From IMG/VR virus record IMGVR_UViG_3300005098_000013, positions 14,082 through 78,081 of that record: a DNA stretch of 64,000 nt; one strand, given 5' to 3'. The notes under the pieces were generated by a model that saw nothing but the letters and a program-made list of their open reading frames with translations, was not told the origin of the DNA and made no database searches. A program made the position numbers and the translations under genes. This document shows positions 19,529 to 29,125 of this stretch, one piece after another (position 1 is the first letter of the stretch; the number at the start of each line of letters is the position of its first letter). The stretch comes from a virus.

Positions 19529-20242
19529 ATGGCTAAGAAGATAAGCAAGTCGATGCTGATGGCATATGATGAGCAAAGCCGCTTTGGTTGTGGATACAAA
19601 TATTACCTAACTTATGTAAAAGGTATCAGGACGAAGCCATCTGGAGTAATGTATGACGGCATAAGGTTTCACAATGCGGCGGCTAAGTTCTATGATAAGC
19701 TAGACTTAAGTAAAATAGGAGAAGCAAGCTTCTGGAACGTTTACGAGTATTTCAGAACTCTTTATCCAAGAGGCAGACAGTATGATTATCTCGCAGAATT
19801 TGAAGCAGATAGGTATCTTATATCAGCAGAACATTTCATACCAGTGCTGATAGAAGAAACGATCGAGGACGATGAGAGGAAGGGAATTGTAGACAGAGTA
19901 GAGGAACTAAGCGAAGGCGAGTTAATGGTTACGGAGTTGAAGCTTTCGTTTAAGAAAAAAGAAAGTTTAGATGATGTAAGGTTTGAGTTAGTATTCTATG
20001 CAGATCTTTTAAGAAAGCACGGTTACAACGTAGCCTATACAAGTGTCTTCTTCGGAAGAGATGGGATGTACGAAATGTGGAAACTGAGAGATTATGATTT
20101 CGAACTAATGGAGGAAAGGGTAGAGAGAATTCTGGGGGGTATTGAAAGAGGAGAGTTTGAGAAGGTGCTCGATGAGCGATGCTTGAATTGTCCATTCCAG
20201 GCACATTGTCTTGAGGGGAAAAGGTTAGAGGAGGTTAGGTAG
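19529..20242 (+). CDS. Cas4-like PD-(D/E)XK exonuclease
   Basis: N-terminal Cys, GIVDR, ELK, C-terminal CLNCPFQAHC Fe-S ligands. Confidence 0.85.
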   Translation: MAKKISKSMLMAYDEQSRFGCGYKYYLTYVKGIRTKPSGVMYDGIRFHNAAAKFYDKLDLSKIGEASFWNVYEYFRTLYPRGRQYDYLAEFEADRYLISAEHFIPVLIEETIEDDERKGIVDRVEELSEGELMVTELKLSFKKKESLDDVRFELVFYADLLRKHGYNVAYTSVFFGRDGMYEMWKLRDYDFELMEERVERILGGIERGEFEKVLDERCLNCPFQAHCLEGKRLEEVR

Positions 20243-20243
20243 A

Positions 20244-20624
20244 ATGGGAAAGGATAGGTTTTCTATAAGAAGGGAATTAGGGATTGCAATAGCACACAAA
20301 TTACCTTGGCACTCAGGTAGATGTTCGAATATGCACGGTCACGGTCTAAAAATTGCAGTAACACTAAGCAGAAAAGATGGTGGCTTAGATGAGAATGATA
20401 TTGTATATGATCTAGGCTATCTAAAGGAAGCGTTAGATGAAATTGACGAAAGGTTAGATCACACATATCTGAACGATACTTTAGAGAATCCGACATCGGA
20501 GAATGTAGCAAAATATGTTAGAGATAAGGTAATGCAATATCTTGAAAAGAGAAAAGCCGGTGTAAAGGTGACAAAAGTAGAAGTGGAAGAGAGTCCAGGT
20601 TCAGGAGTGATACTAGAATGCTAA
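20244..20624 (+). CDS. queD: 6-carboxy-5,6,7,8-tetrahydropterin synthase
   Basis: AHKL..CSNMHGH, LDHTYLN, NPTSEN. Confidence 0.93.
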   Translation: MGKDRFSIRRELGIAIAHKLPWHSGRCSNMHGHGLKIAVTLSRKDGGLDENDIVYDLGYLKEALDEIDERLDHTYLNDTLENPTSENVAKYVRDKVMQYLEKRKAGVKVTKVEVEESPGSGVILEC

Positions 20625-20805
20625 GCAAAGAAGAATTAGATAAAATACAGAAAGTTATGGAAGAAGTTGAAAGCGATCCAGAAGTGGCAAGAAAAGCAGA
20701 AGAAGACCAAAGGAGATATGGTACATTATCTGCGGAAGATTTAATGATAGTTTTAGCGTATAGATAAAATTAATGATAAAGCTTTAGTGTGGGTAGGTAA
20801 ACAAA

Positions 20806-21444
20806 ATGTTGGAAATTAATGAAATCTTCGAATCGATACAAGGAGAAGGTCTTTTAACAGGAAAGCCATTTACGTTTATAAGATTGCAAGGTTGCAACCT
20901 GAGATGTAGTCACTGTGATACGAAGAAGGCATGGAAGAAAGGAGAAGGTGTAATGATGAGTGAAGAAGAGATAGCGGCAAAAGTAGAGGAGTTTGGACAT
21001 CAGTGGGTTGAAATTACTGGAGGCAATCCATTGCTGCAAAACTTACAACCATTACTAGTGAAGCTTCGCTATACTAAAGAAGGCAAATTGAACAACCGAA
21101 GAATAGAATTACAAGCAGACTGTAGCCTGAATCCTATGCAATACGCCCTAATTTCAAGAGTTTCGCTGAGCCCTAAGTTAAGTTCAAGCGGCATGACTAA
21201 ATACATGCACTATGAGTACATGTACTGGTTGAATCCTGGTGATGAGGTTAAGTTTGTCGTAAGCAATGCGGATGATTTTAACGAAGCAATTAGGTTGCTT
21301 CAGGAATACCCGACCAAGGCACAAGTGGTGATGCAGCCAGTTCATGGCAAAAACGGCAAGTGGATTGTAGAAAAGGTTTTAGATGAACATATAGAAAACG
21401 TTAGAGTATTGCCACAAGTTCATAAGGTGTTCGGACTAAGATGA
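20806..21444 (+). CDS. queE: 7-carboxy-7-deazaguanine synthase (radical SAM)
   Basis: SIQGEG, CNLRCSHCDT, ITGG, SPK, PQVHK. Confidence 0.93.
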   Translation: MLEINEIFESIQGEGLLTGKPFTFIRLQGCNLRCSHCDTKKAWKKGEGVMMSEEEIAAKVEEFGHQWVEITGGNPLLQNLQPLLVKLRYTKEGKLNNRRIELQADCSLNPMQYALISRVSLSPKLSSSGMTKYMHYEYMYWLNPGDEVKFVVSNADDFNEAIRLLQEYPTKAQVVMQPVHGKNGKWIVEKVLDEHIENVRVLPQVHKVFGLR

Positions 21445-21629
21445 TCAGAGACAAAGTGTTCTATGAGGAGTTGAGCCCAGAAGCTTATCAGAAGCTGATA
21501 AGAGTGGAGGGGGAGCTTAGGGAAGAAGGTGTAGAGACGTTTATTGAACAACTGGTAGCAGTGGCAGTAGATATGGTAGAGGAGGAAGAATGGAAAAGGA
21601 AGATAATAGAAGCAGAGAAAGAATTCTAA
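21441..21629 (+). CDS. hypothetical protein
   Basis: Overlap-coupled ORF. Confidence 0.4.
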   Translation: MIRDKVFYEELSPEAYQKLIRVEGELREEGVETFIEQLVAVAVDMVEEEEWKRKIIEAEKEF

Positions 21630-22732
21630 CTTTTAGTGATAGCGTGATGTCGAATACAGGCTTTGGAACTGTGATGAAAGAGCTATTGACAAGGTTAACA
21701 GCAGATTACGAAATCTATAGTGTTGGTATACAGCACTACACTTCGCCGCTTAAATTTAAAGGTGTTATGTGTTTGCCTACTGGAACTAATCCAAACATCG
21801 GCGGTGCAGATATCATACCGGAATATATGAGTTTGCTTAAGCCAAAGTATTTCATTACATGCACAGATCTGCATCAGTTGGGCTTCTTTAATGTTAAGGA
21901 AGGCTGGATTAAGTATATTACAATAGATGCCGCGCCGATTCATAGAAGTTTCCATGAAGTCTTAAGAAGAGGTTATCTAAACATAGTGCCGAATAAGTTT
22001 GCTTATGATGCGTTGAGAAAGTTGGATGTAGCAGTAAAGTATATACCGTTTGGCGTAGATACAGGAGTGTATAGGCCAGGAAAAGAAAAGGAATTTGCAG
22101 GACTGAGAGGTAAGTTTATCTTTGGAGCAGTTGCAAGGAATACGGAACGGAAAAGATGGGATAGGCTACTGAGAGCCTTTTCTTTAATCACAAGGGAATG
22201 CAAAGATGCTGTTTTGGTGTGTATAACTGATCCGAGAGAACAGCTTGACTTTGCATTCGATGCACAAGCATTGGCAAAAGATTTAGGGACCGGTTCGAAG
22301 GTGTTCTTCCCAACACATGCTTCAATGCAAAGAGGTTTGACTAATGAAAACATGGCAGGGATTTATAATGCATTTGATATACATATCAATGTAGCAGACA
22401 GAGAAGCGTTCGGCTTACCAATTTTAGAAAGCATGAGCTGTGGTGTACCAAACATTGTGAATGACTATTCAGCGCCACCAGAAATTGTAAGTGATGCTGG
22501 TATTGTAGTAGAACCAAGTGACTGGACTTATCATAGCCCGTTTAATTACCGCGGTGGCTTAGTTGATATAAAGAAGCTGGCCAAGGCTATGAGGCTGCTT
22601 TATGATGACGGAAAAATGAGGAAAGAGTTAGGGAAAAAGAGCAGAGAAAGGGCTTTGAAGTATGATTGGAACGCAGTAGTGGTGCCACAGTGGCTGAAGT
22701 TGTTAGAAGGAGAGTTTTTGCAAGAATTATGA
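21590..22732 (+). CDS. glycosyltransferase family 4
   Basis: TGFG, RNTERK, EAFGLPILESMSCGVP. Confidence 0.9.
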   Translation: MEKEDNRSRERILTFSDSVMSNTGFGTVMKELLTRLTADYEIYSVGIQHYTSPLKFKGVMCLPTGTNPNIGGADIIPEYMSLLKPKYFITCTDLHQLGFFNVKEGWIKYITIDAAPIHRSFHEVLRRGYLNIVPNKFAYDALRKLDVAVKYIPFGVDTGVYRPGKEKEFAGLRGKFIFGAVARNTERKRWDRLLRAFSLITRECKDAVLVCITDPREQLDFAFDAQALAKDLGTGSKVFFPTHASMQRGLTNENMAGIYNAFDIHINVADREAFGLPILESMSCGVPNIVNDYSAPPEIVSDAGIVVEPSDWTYHSPFNYRGGLVDIKKLAKAMRLLYDDGKMRKELGKKSRERALKYDWNAVVVPQWLKLLEGEFLQEL

Positions 22733-23877
22733 CAGTCAGAAGAGTTGGAAAAATGAAGGTGAATTGGTACAGCCCAATTTCGGACCCAAGCGGCTATAGC
22801 TACGTGGCTCGTTGGCTGTTGCGTGAGTTGTTGAAGGCAAATGTAGAAATTGCATTTAAAGAGATGTATCAGTGGAACCCAGGCTTATCGTCTGAAAAGT
22901 ATGGAACTAATGATATTATAAGAAAGCTAAAGAGGAAGGCATTTGAAAGCGCACCTAAGATTAGTTTAGTGTTACCAGACCAGTTTTCAAGAGAAGAAGG
23001 CATGTATAATATAGGTTACAGCATGTTTGAGACAGACAGAATCTCAGATGTATGGGCTTTTATGTGCAATAGGATGGATGAGTGTTGGGTTCCTACAGTT
23101 TTCAACTATAATACATTCAGAAAGAGCGGAGTAGAGAAGAGTAAGCTGAGGGTAATGCCGTTTGGTGTAGATGTAGACTTGTTTAGTCCAAAAGTAGAGC
23201 CATTGAAGTTGTTGGAAACGGAAGACAGGTTTGTGTTCTTCTCTGACTTCCAGTGGTCAATAAGGAAAGGTTGGGACGTGTTGCTGAAGGCATATTACGA
23301 GGAGTTCAGCAGAGATGAGGATGTATGTCTAGTGTTGAAAGTGTATGAGGCAATACCTGGAGACCCGAGAAGTGAAGCTGTGATACTTAGGGATGTGAAG
23401 AGCATTAAAAGAAGGTTTAATAAAGCATTGCCAAAGGTATTGTGGTTTAGGCATATGCTTAGTGATGCTATGATGCCTAGTTTGTATAAGGCAGCAGATT
23501 GTTTTGTATCGACTACGCGTGGTGAAGGTTGGGGCCTTGGATTAATTCAAGCGATGAGTATGGAATTGCCGAGTATAGTGACAGGCTGGAGTGCACATAC
23601 AGATTATGCAAATGAAAGCAATGCTTATATGATTGACTATGAGATGATTGAGACTCATGCATCAATGCTTTGGCACCCCAGTTACAAAAATGCTTTTTAT
23701 GCTGACCCTTCAATCGAACATACAAGAAGTTTAATGAGGCAAGTATACGAGAATTACGAAGAGGCCAAAGCAAAAGGTATTCAAGCAAGGAAAGATATTA
23801 AGAAAAACTATACCTGGGAAATTGCGGCTGGTAGAATTATCAAAAGGTTGCAGGAAATAGAAGGAGAGGCAGAATGA
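22666..23877 (+). CDS. glycosyltransferase family 4
   Basis: SGY, FETD, RKGWDVLL, RGEGWGLGLIQAM; real start probably 22729 or 22753. Confidence 0.9.
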   Translation: MERSSGATVAEVVRRRVFARIMTVRRVGKMKVNWYSPISDPSGYSYVARWLLRELLKANVEIAFKEMYQWNPGLSSEKYGTNDIIRKLKRKAFESAPKISLVLPDQFSREEGMYNIGYSMFETDRISDVWAFMCNRMDECWVPTVFNYNTFRKSGVEKSKLRVMPFGVDVDLFSPKVEPLKLLETEDRFVFFSDFQWSIRKGWDVLLKAYYEEFSRDEDVCLVLKVYEAIPGDPRSEAVILRDVKSIKRRFNKALPKVLWFRHMLSDAMMPSLYKAADCFVSTTRGEGWGLGLIQAMSMELPSIVTGWSAHTDYANESNAYMIDYEMIETHASMLWHPSYKNAFYADPSIEHTRSLMRQVYENYEEAKAKGIQARKDIKKNYTWEIAAGRIIKRLQEIEGEAE

Positions 23878-24893
23878 AAATAGCTCTGAATACGCCAATG
23901 TATAATAAAGAGATTGAAGAAGCTGCATTAGGAGCGTTGCGGAACGAGAGGTATGTGCTAGGCGAAAGCGTCTGGAAGTTTGAAGAGGCTTTTGCTAAGT
24001 ACATTGGAGTGGACTATGCAATATCTTGTTCTAGTGGAACAATGGCCTTTTGGCTAATACTTAATAGTCTCAAGGCAAAGAAAGTATTAGTGCCAAGCTT
24101 AACGTTTCATACAGTAGCTTCTGTAGTAAAGCTTTTAAGGAGAGAGCTGGTCTTTGGCGATGTAAATTTAGGAGATGCTTGCTTGTATAAAAGCATTCCT
24201 GATGGTTTAAGTGTAGCTACACATCTATATGGCAACTTTTGCAATGTTGCACATTTAAAAGAGGGTGTAGTAGAAGACTGTTCTCAAGCAGCAGGCCTAG
24301 AGTGGAGAGGTAAGAAAGCCGGAAGCTTTGGCAATGCTGGATTCTTCTCGTTGTATACTACGAAGAACTTATCATGTCTCGGAGACGGAGGGGTTATCAC
24401 TACTGATGATGAAAAGCTAGCTAAAGAAGCGAGGATGATAGGTGATTGCGGAAGGAACAGTGAAGGTGAGCATGTTAGAGTGGGCATTACGTCGCGGCTG
24501 AATACGGTAAATGCAGCTATTGCCTTGGTACAGTTGAAGCACTTAGATGAGTGGAACCAGAAAAGGATGGCTTTAAGAGACAGATATATGGAGAAGTTGC
24601 CTCCGGAAGTGAAAGTGTTGTCAAACGGAGTAGTGCATCAAATGGTTGCTAGAGTTAAAGGGAGAGATAAGTTGGCGAAGTATTTGAGACAGAATGGCAT
24701 AGAAACAGGTATACACTATAAGGTGCCATTGCATATGCAGAAGCCGCTTTATAGGAAAGGCTTAACGTTGCCTAACGCTGAAGTGCTTTGTGGTGAAGTG
24801 CTATCGTTGCCTATATCGCCAAGTTTGACGTTTAGAGAAGTAGATTATGTGTGTGAAAAGGTAAATGAATGGTATGGAAGTGAGAGGAGATGA
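23874..24893 (+). CDS. DegT/DnrJ/EryC1/StrS sugar aminotransferase
   Basis: SSGT, EDCSQA, SLYTTKNL..GDGG, GIHY, LSLP. Confidence 0.93.
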   Translation: MKIALNTPMYNKEIEEAALGALRNERYVLGESVWKFEEAFAKYIGVDYAISCSSGTMAFWLILNSLKAKKVLVPSLTFHTVASVVKLLRRELVFGDVNLGDACLYKSIPDGLSVATHLYGNFCNVAHLKEGVVEDCSQAAGLEWRGKKAGSFGNAGFFSLYTTKNLSCLGDGGVITTDDEKLAKEARMIGDCGRNSEGEHVRVGITSRLNTVNAAIALVQLKHLDEWNQKRMALRDRYMEKLPPEVKVLSNGVVHQMVARVKGRDKLAKYLRQNGIETGIHYKVPLHMQKPLYRKGLTLPNAEVLCGEVLSLPISPSLTFREVDYVCEKVNEWYGSERR

Positions 24894-25760
24894 ACAAGAT
24901 AAGCATAGTAATGAGTTGTAAGGAACATTTGCCGTATACACTACTGGCAGTAAAGAGACTGGTGAAATGCACAGTGAATGAGTTCGAATTGATAATCGCA
25001 AATGATTCGAGGGTATCTGTAGAGGAGACAATCAGAAAAGCCGAGCCAGGTTTAGAATTAAAAGTGTTACATGGAGGTGGCAAGAGGAATGGAGTAGCAA
25101 GAGCAAGAAACGATTGCTTCAAACAAGCGAGTTGCAATGTTTGCATTAATGTAGATAATGATGTGATAGTCACCCCAGGCTGGGATGTGCCTTTGGTAAA
25201 AATTATAGAAGAAAATCGAAAAGTTGGCTTGTTGTTGCCAATGACGAATGATATGTATTTTTTTTGAGCAGCCAGAAGTTGGTTTATTGGAACGTTGCAA
25301 TAAGTTTAAAAGGTTAAGAGCCAAGTACAAGGAAGAAGAAGGCCCAGAAAGGCTAATGGAAATAATAAACGAAACATTTGATGGGTCTCTTGATAAGTTT
25401 GCAGAAGCATATGTGAATAAAGTGAAAGGACGAGAGTTGAAGGATTATATGAATACTTGGGTGTCATATGCGGTCAGATTAGATGTGTTCAAGTATGTGG
25501 GAGGATATGATGAGAATTACAAGAAGGCAGGATATGAAGATTGGGATTTGGCAAGAAGGTTGAATATGCTTGGTTTTAGAACTGCAGTAACGTATAGTTC
25601 GTTTGTGTGGCACTGTGTGGGTACGACACGGCCGCATATAGGAGGTGCAGTAGAAGCAGAAACATCAAATGGAATATACTATAGAAAGAAGTTTAGTAGG
25701 CCAAATGTTGAGTTGAGAGGGAGTTGGGGTGGTGTAAATGAAAGAACCAACTATGTTTAA
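24890..25760 (+). pseudogene. glycosyltransferase family 2 split by a frameshift at a T8 tract (ORFs 24890-25267 and 25248-25760)
   Basis: N half has ARARN and DND; C half has GGYDE..GYEDWD..VWH; removing one T at 25258-25265 fuses them. Confidence 0.8.
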
Positions 25761-26220
25761 CGGAAAAGTAGTTGCGGGCGGAATAGAAGAGCCAAAGAGG
25801 AATTTGTTTTATTTATTGAGTATAGTGACGTATGAAATCAGTGACGTACAGAGAGATATTATTTTGGGAAGCAGTAATTTAAAACTGAGTTTGGCAGATG
25901 CTTTTACACAAGTATCGACGTTGCACAAAGAATTAAATATCAAAGAAAAACCAGGAAAGAATTCAAAAGCTAAATCGCCTGCAAACTTATTAGTATTGCT
26001 CGGTAATCTTCATAGAAGCATTGTCTACATGAAGCGCTTTCCGAGCAAAAAGGAATATCGGAAGGGTGTAAAAACACATCTTTCAAATCTTGCTGTAAGA
26101 TTGAAGGAAATATGTAAAGAACAAGGTTTCGATGAAGAAGAGGTAAGAGAATTAGGCTGGGAACATTTGAGAGAAAGGTTTAAGGAATTTGAAGAAGACG
26201 GGTGGGTAGAAATAAAATGA
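25738..26220 (+). CDS. MazG-like all-alpha protein (putative)
   Basis: YEISD...SLADAFTQ helices resemble degenerate NTP pyrophosphatases. Confidence 0.35.
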   Translation: MKEPTMFNGKVVAGGIEEPKRNLFYLLSIVTYEISDVQRDIILGSSNLKLSLADAFTQVSTLHKELNIKEKPGKNSKAKSPANLLVLLGNLHRSIVYMKRFPSKKEYRKGVKTHLSNLAVRLKEICKEQGFDEEEVRELGWEHLRERFKEFEEDGWVEIK

Positions 26221-26939
26221 GCTTATATGTAGATGTTGTGGAAGAAACAGATTTCCATAGGGCTTGGGTTTCTGCTGTGCAGATGGTATTGATGAGCGGT
26301 GCTGATTTAGTGATTGGCGGCGCAGAGGAGAGGAAGCCAATTAAGGATTCGTGTATGTTAATTACACTTGAAGGAAAGGCGATTAAGCAAGTTGAACGAA
26401 GAGAGTTGCACCCCCAATTTCCTACCAAGAAGAAGCATCTCGATAAATATTGTGAAGAGTATACAAGAAATTTTGTAGACGTCTATAGAAAAGATGAGAG
26501 CAAAGAAAAGTTTGCTTATTTATATGGAGATAGGTTGATGTATTATAAGCATCCAGTTTATATCAGTATTGACCAATTAAAGATGATGATGAACGGTTTG
26601 TATAGTCAAATGAGAAGAAACATAACTTCAAATAGGATGCAAGCAATAACGTGGTATGTACATGATGACAATGAAGGATCATCCCCTCCTTGCCTGCAAC
26701 GGATACAGATGCGCTACATTCCAGAAGGAAAAGTGGACGTGCATTTGACGTGGAGAAGCAGAGATTTGTATGCAGCTTGGCAAAGCAATGTTGTTTGCTT
26801 AATAGATATGCTGAATAGGGAAGTGATTAGGCCAAATGAATGCGAGATAATCAGAATAGTAGACTTTAGTGATTCGCTGCACATATACAGGACTGATATT
26901 GTTGAGGCAAAGAAAGTAAGGTTTATGGAGGCGTTGTAA
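26217..26939 (+). CDS. thyA: thymidylate synthase-family protein (dUMP methylase or hydroxymethylase)
   Basis: YGDRL, PPCL, WRSRD...SN, SLHIY. Confidence 0.82.
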   Translation: MSLYVDVVEETDFHRAWVSAVQMVLMSGADLVIGGAEERKPIKDSCMLITLEGKAIKQVERRELHPQFPTKKKHLDKYCEEYTRNFVDVYRKDESKEKFAYLYGDRLMYYKHPVYISIDQLKMMMNGLYSQMRRNITSNRMQAITWYVHDDNEGSSPPCLQRIQMRYIPEGKVDVHLTWRSRDLYAAWQSNVVCLIDMLNREVIRPNECEIIRIVDFSDSLHIYRTDIVEAKKVRFMEAL

Positions 26940-27352
26940 TGACAACAGAAATAGGAGATGTAGATTATCAACTTGAGTTGCTTAGAAGAGACTTAGTGGA
27001 AGAATTTGGAGAGTTTGCAAAAGGAATTGGCATCGAATGGGAAAGAGACCCGACACTTGATGGGTTGGTCATAAATGCAACGTTTACAATTGGTGCAAGA
27101 AGAACGGTATCTAATGTGGTGCTTCATTTAGAACCAACTATTTTAAAACCAATAGTAACGGAATTGGTTCATAATATTGAAAGAGCATTGTATGATATGT
27201 TACCTGTATATGGAACTGAACCACAAGTAGCAGGAGTAAGGATTAGAATTGATAGTCATTTACCAAAAGGGGTCATATGGATGCATCCGGAAGTGTATGC
27301 AAATATAATGCAGAATCCTGAACTAAGAAGGATGCTTGTGTATCAGCCATGA
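26939..27352 (+). CDS. hypothetical protein
   Basis: Overlap-coupled ORF. Confidence 0.5.
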   Translation: MTTEIGDVDYQLELLRRDLVEEFGEFAKGIGIEWERDPTLDGLVINATFTIGARRTVSNVVLHLEPTILKPIVTELVHNIERALYDMLPVYGTEPQVAGVRIRIDSHLPKGVIWMHPEVYANIMQNPELRRMLVYQP

Positions 27353-27355
27353 GAA

Positions 27356-27649
27356 ATGCCACGCAAGATAAAAAGAATAGGAAAGAACCAAACGCTGCTG
27401 TTTGTAGAGGAATCGAGTAAACCGGTGGCTGACGATACAATATTACCAGAAGCTTGGCAAACACCAGTGCCAAAGAAAAAGTATAGAGAAGGTTCGTTGG
27501 CAGATAAGATGAGGAAGGGCCTTTGGTTTGCTTGCCCAAATTGTGGAACGGAAAATATTGAGTTTGTAAGTGATGCAGCGTGGGCTTGGTTATGTAATAA
27601 AAACCAGTTTAAATGCCCGCTTTGTAACAAAATGGTAGGCTTAGAATAA
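27356..27649 (+). CDS. Zn-ribbon protein
   Basis: CPNCG ... CPLC. Confidence 0.55.
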   Translation: MPRKIKRIGKNQTLLFVEESSKPVADDTILPEAWQTPVPKKKYREGSLADKMRKGLWFACPNCGTENIEFVSDAAWAWLCNKNQFKCPLCNKMVGLE

Positions 27650-27650
27650 G

Positions 27651-28583
27651 ATGCCAATTAAAAAGGAAGAATTAGGAAAATTGAATGTAGAGTATGCAGG
27701 CTATGCAGGTTCAGTTGTAGCTCTGATTGTGCCGCTTATAAAGGAAATAGGCGGTAAATTTATTCCGTTTCCGGGAGAAGAGGCAGAAATTTTAAAAAAA
27801 TGGGATTTAGGAAGCGAAGAGTCTGCCAAGGCTAATATAACTATACAATCAGGAATAATACCGCCTGCTCAAACGATTCTGCTGCCGTATCATGGCATTC
27901 AGAAAATCTTTCCTATAGAAAAGTTTAGTTTTGTAGTTAGTCGGTGGAGTAGCTTTCCTGAAGAAGTACCGCACGTTCAAGCAGGTGTGTTAGCTTTGGA
28001 TCGGTTCTTCAATGGGAATGTACCTAGCAAAAAGGAGTTGCTTGAACCTTTGGGGCTAGAGTCTTCTGAGTTTACAATAGTTTACGCACTGGCTTGGAAA
28101 GAACGAAAAGATGCAAGCTCGAGCGCAAGAAAGATGGAATCATGGATAAGCCACCTGCCTCCGGAAGTTAATTTAATCATCATAAACCACCCCCTTTACA
28201 AATATAACCCGGGGTTCAGAGAAGAGCTCATGTCAATTAAGCAAGGAAAAAACATGAGAGTGATATATGATCAAAAAGACACTTTTGAATGGTTAAACAT
28301 TGCAGATTTAATTGTTTGTGATTCAGGTTCAGCCATTGTATTGAACACTCCTTGTTTCAAGGCACCAGTCTTACAGATTAGGTATCCGTATCATTATCAC
28401 CTTGGTTATGACTATTCCTGGGCTGTTGAAGTAGGGCCGGAAGAGATTCCGGATCGCATCTTTACAGATTTTATGGGAAATAGGAAGGTTGCGATTGAAG
28501 AGTATTTGTATAAGTTTGATGGAAAGGCAACTGAAAGGGCTGTAAAAGGGATAAGAGAGTTTTTGGAGGAGTTGGAAAAATGA
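27651..28583 (+). CDS. CDP-glycerol glycerophosphotransferase (TagF)-like GT-B protein
   Basis: HG, IVYALAW, HP, ADLIVCDSGS, DGKATER. Confidence 0.65.
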   Translation: MPIKKEELGKLNVEYAGYAGSVVALIVPLIKEIGGKFIPFPGEEAEILKKWDLGSEESAKANITIQSGIIPPAQTILLPYHGIQKIFPIEKFSFVVSRWSSFPEEVPHVQAGVLALDRFFNGNVPSKKELLEPLGLESSEFTIVYALAWKERKDASSSARKMESWISHLPPEVNLIIINHPLYKYNPGFREELMSIKQGKNMRVIYDQKDTFEWLNIADLIVCDSGSAIVLNTPCFKAPVLQIRYPYHYHLGYDYSWAVEVGPEEIPDRIFTDFMGNRKVAIEEYLYKFDGKATERAVKGIREFLEELEK

Positions 28584-29125
28584 TTTCGTGGTTGTTGTTA
28601 ACTTGGAATTCTGCAAACTCTATAAGGACTGCATTAGAGTCAGCCAAGGATTTAGTAGATGAAATAGTTGTGGTAGATTCAAACTCAACTGACGAAACTT
28701 TAGATATCTTAGACGAGTATGACGCGAAGGTGTATACAAAGGCATTAGAAAAGTCATGGAGCGAACTGAGAAACTTTGGAATTAGCAAAGCCAGTTATGA
28801 GTGGATACTTGTGTTGGATTCAGATGAGTATTTGACGAAGGAGACATTATTGATGATTCCAAAATTAGTGGAAAGCGATGAGGTAGATGCTTTTATATTC
28901 AGGAGGCTAAATTATTTGGACGGTGTGCTTCAAGAAGCAAAAGATTATCATTATAGGCTGTTTAAGAGACACTGTAGATATGCAGGGCGAATACATGAGC
29001 AGTTAGTTGGATTTAAGAAGTCTAAAGTAATAGAAGATGCAATCGTAATGCATAAGAAAACTTGGAAGAAACAGAAGGAGCAGGATGAGAGATATTTGGA
29101 GTTCACAAAAGAGAGAAAGAAATGA
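28580..29125 (+). CDS. glycosyltransferase family 2
   Basis: VVVDSNSTDET, RNFG, WILVLDSDE, GRIHE. Confidence 0.92.
   Translation: MISWLLLTWNSANSIRTALESAKDLVDEIVVVDSNSTDETLDILDEYDAKVYTKALEKSWSELRNFGISKASYEWILVLDSDEYLTKETLLMIPKLVESDEVDAFIFRRLNYLDGVLQEAKDYHYRLFKRHCRYAGRIHEQLVGFKKSKVIEDAIVMHKKTWKKQKEQDERYLEFTKERKK

Noticed and set aside
19529-20242. Cas4 as evidence of a CRISPR-Cas system
   Set aside because: Solo Cas4-like nucleases are common in viral replication modules; no cas1 or array
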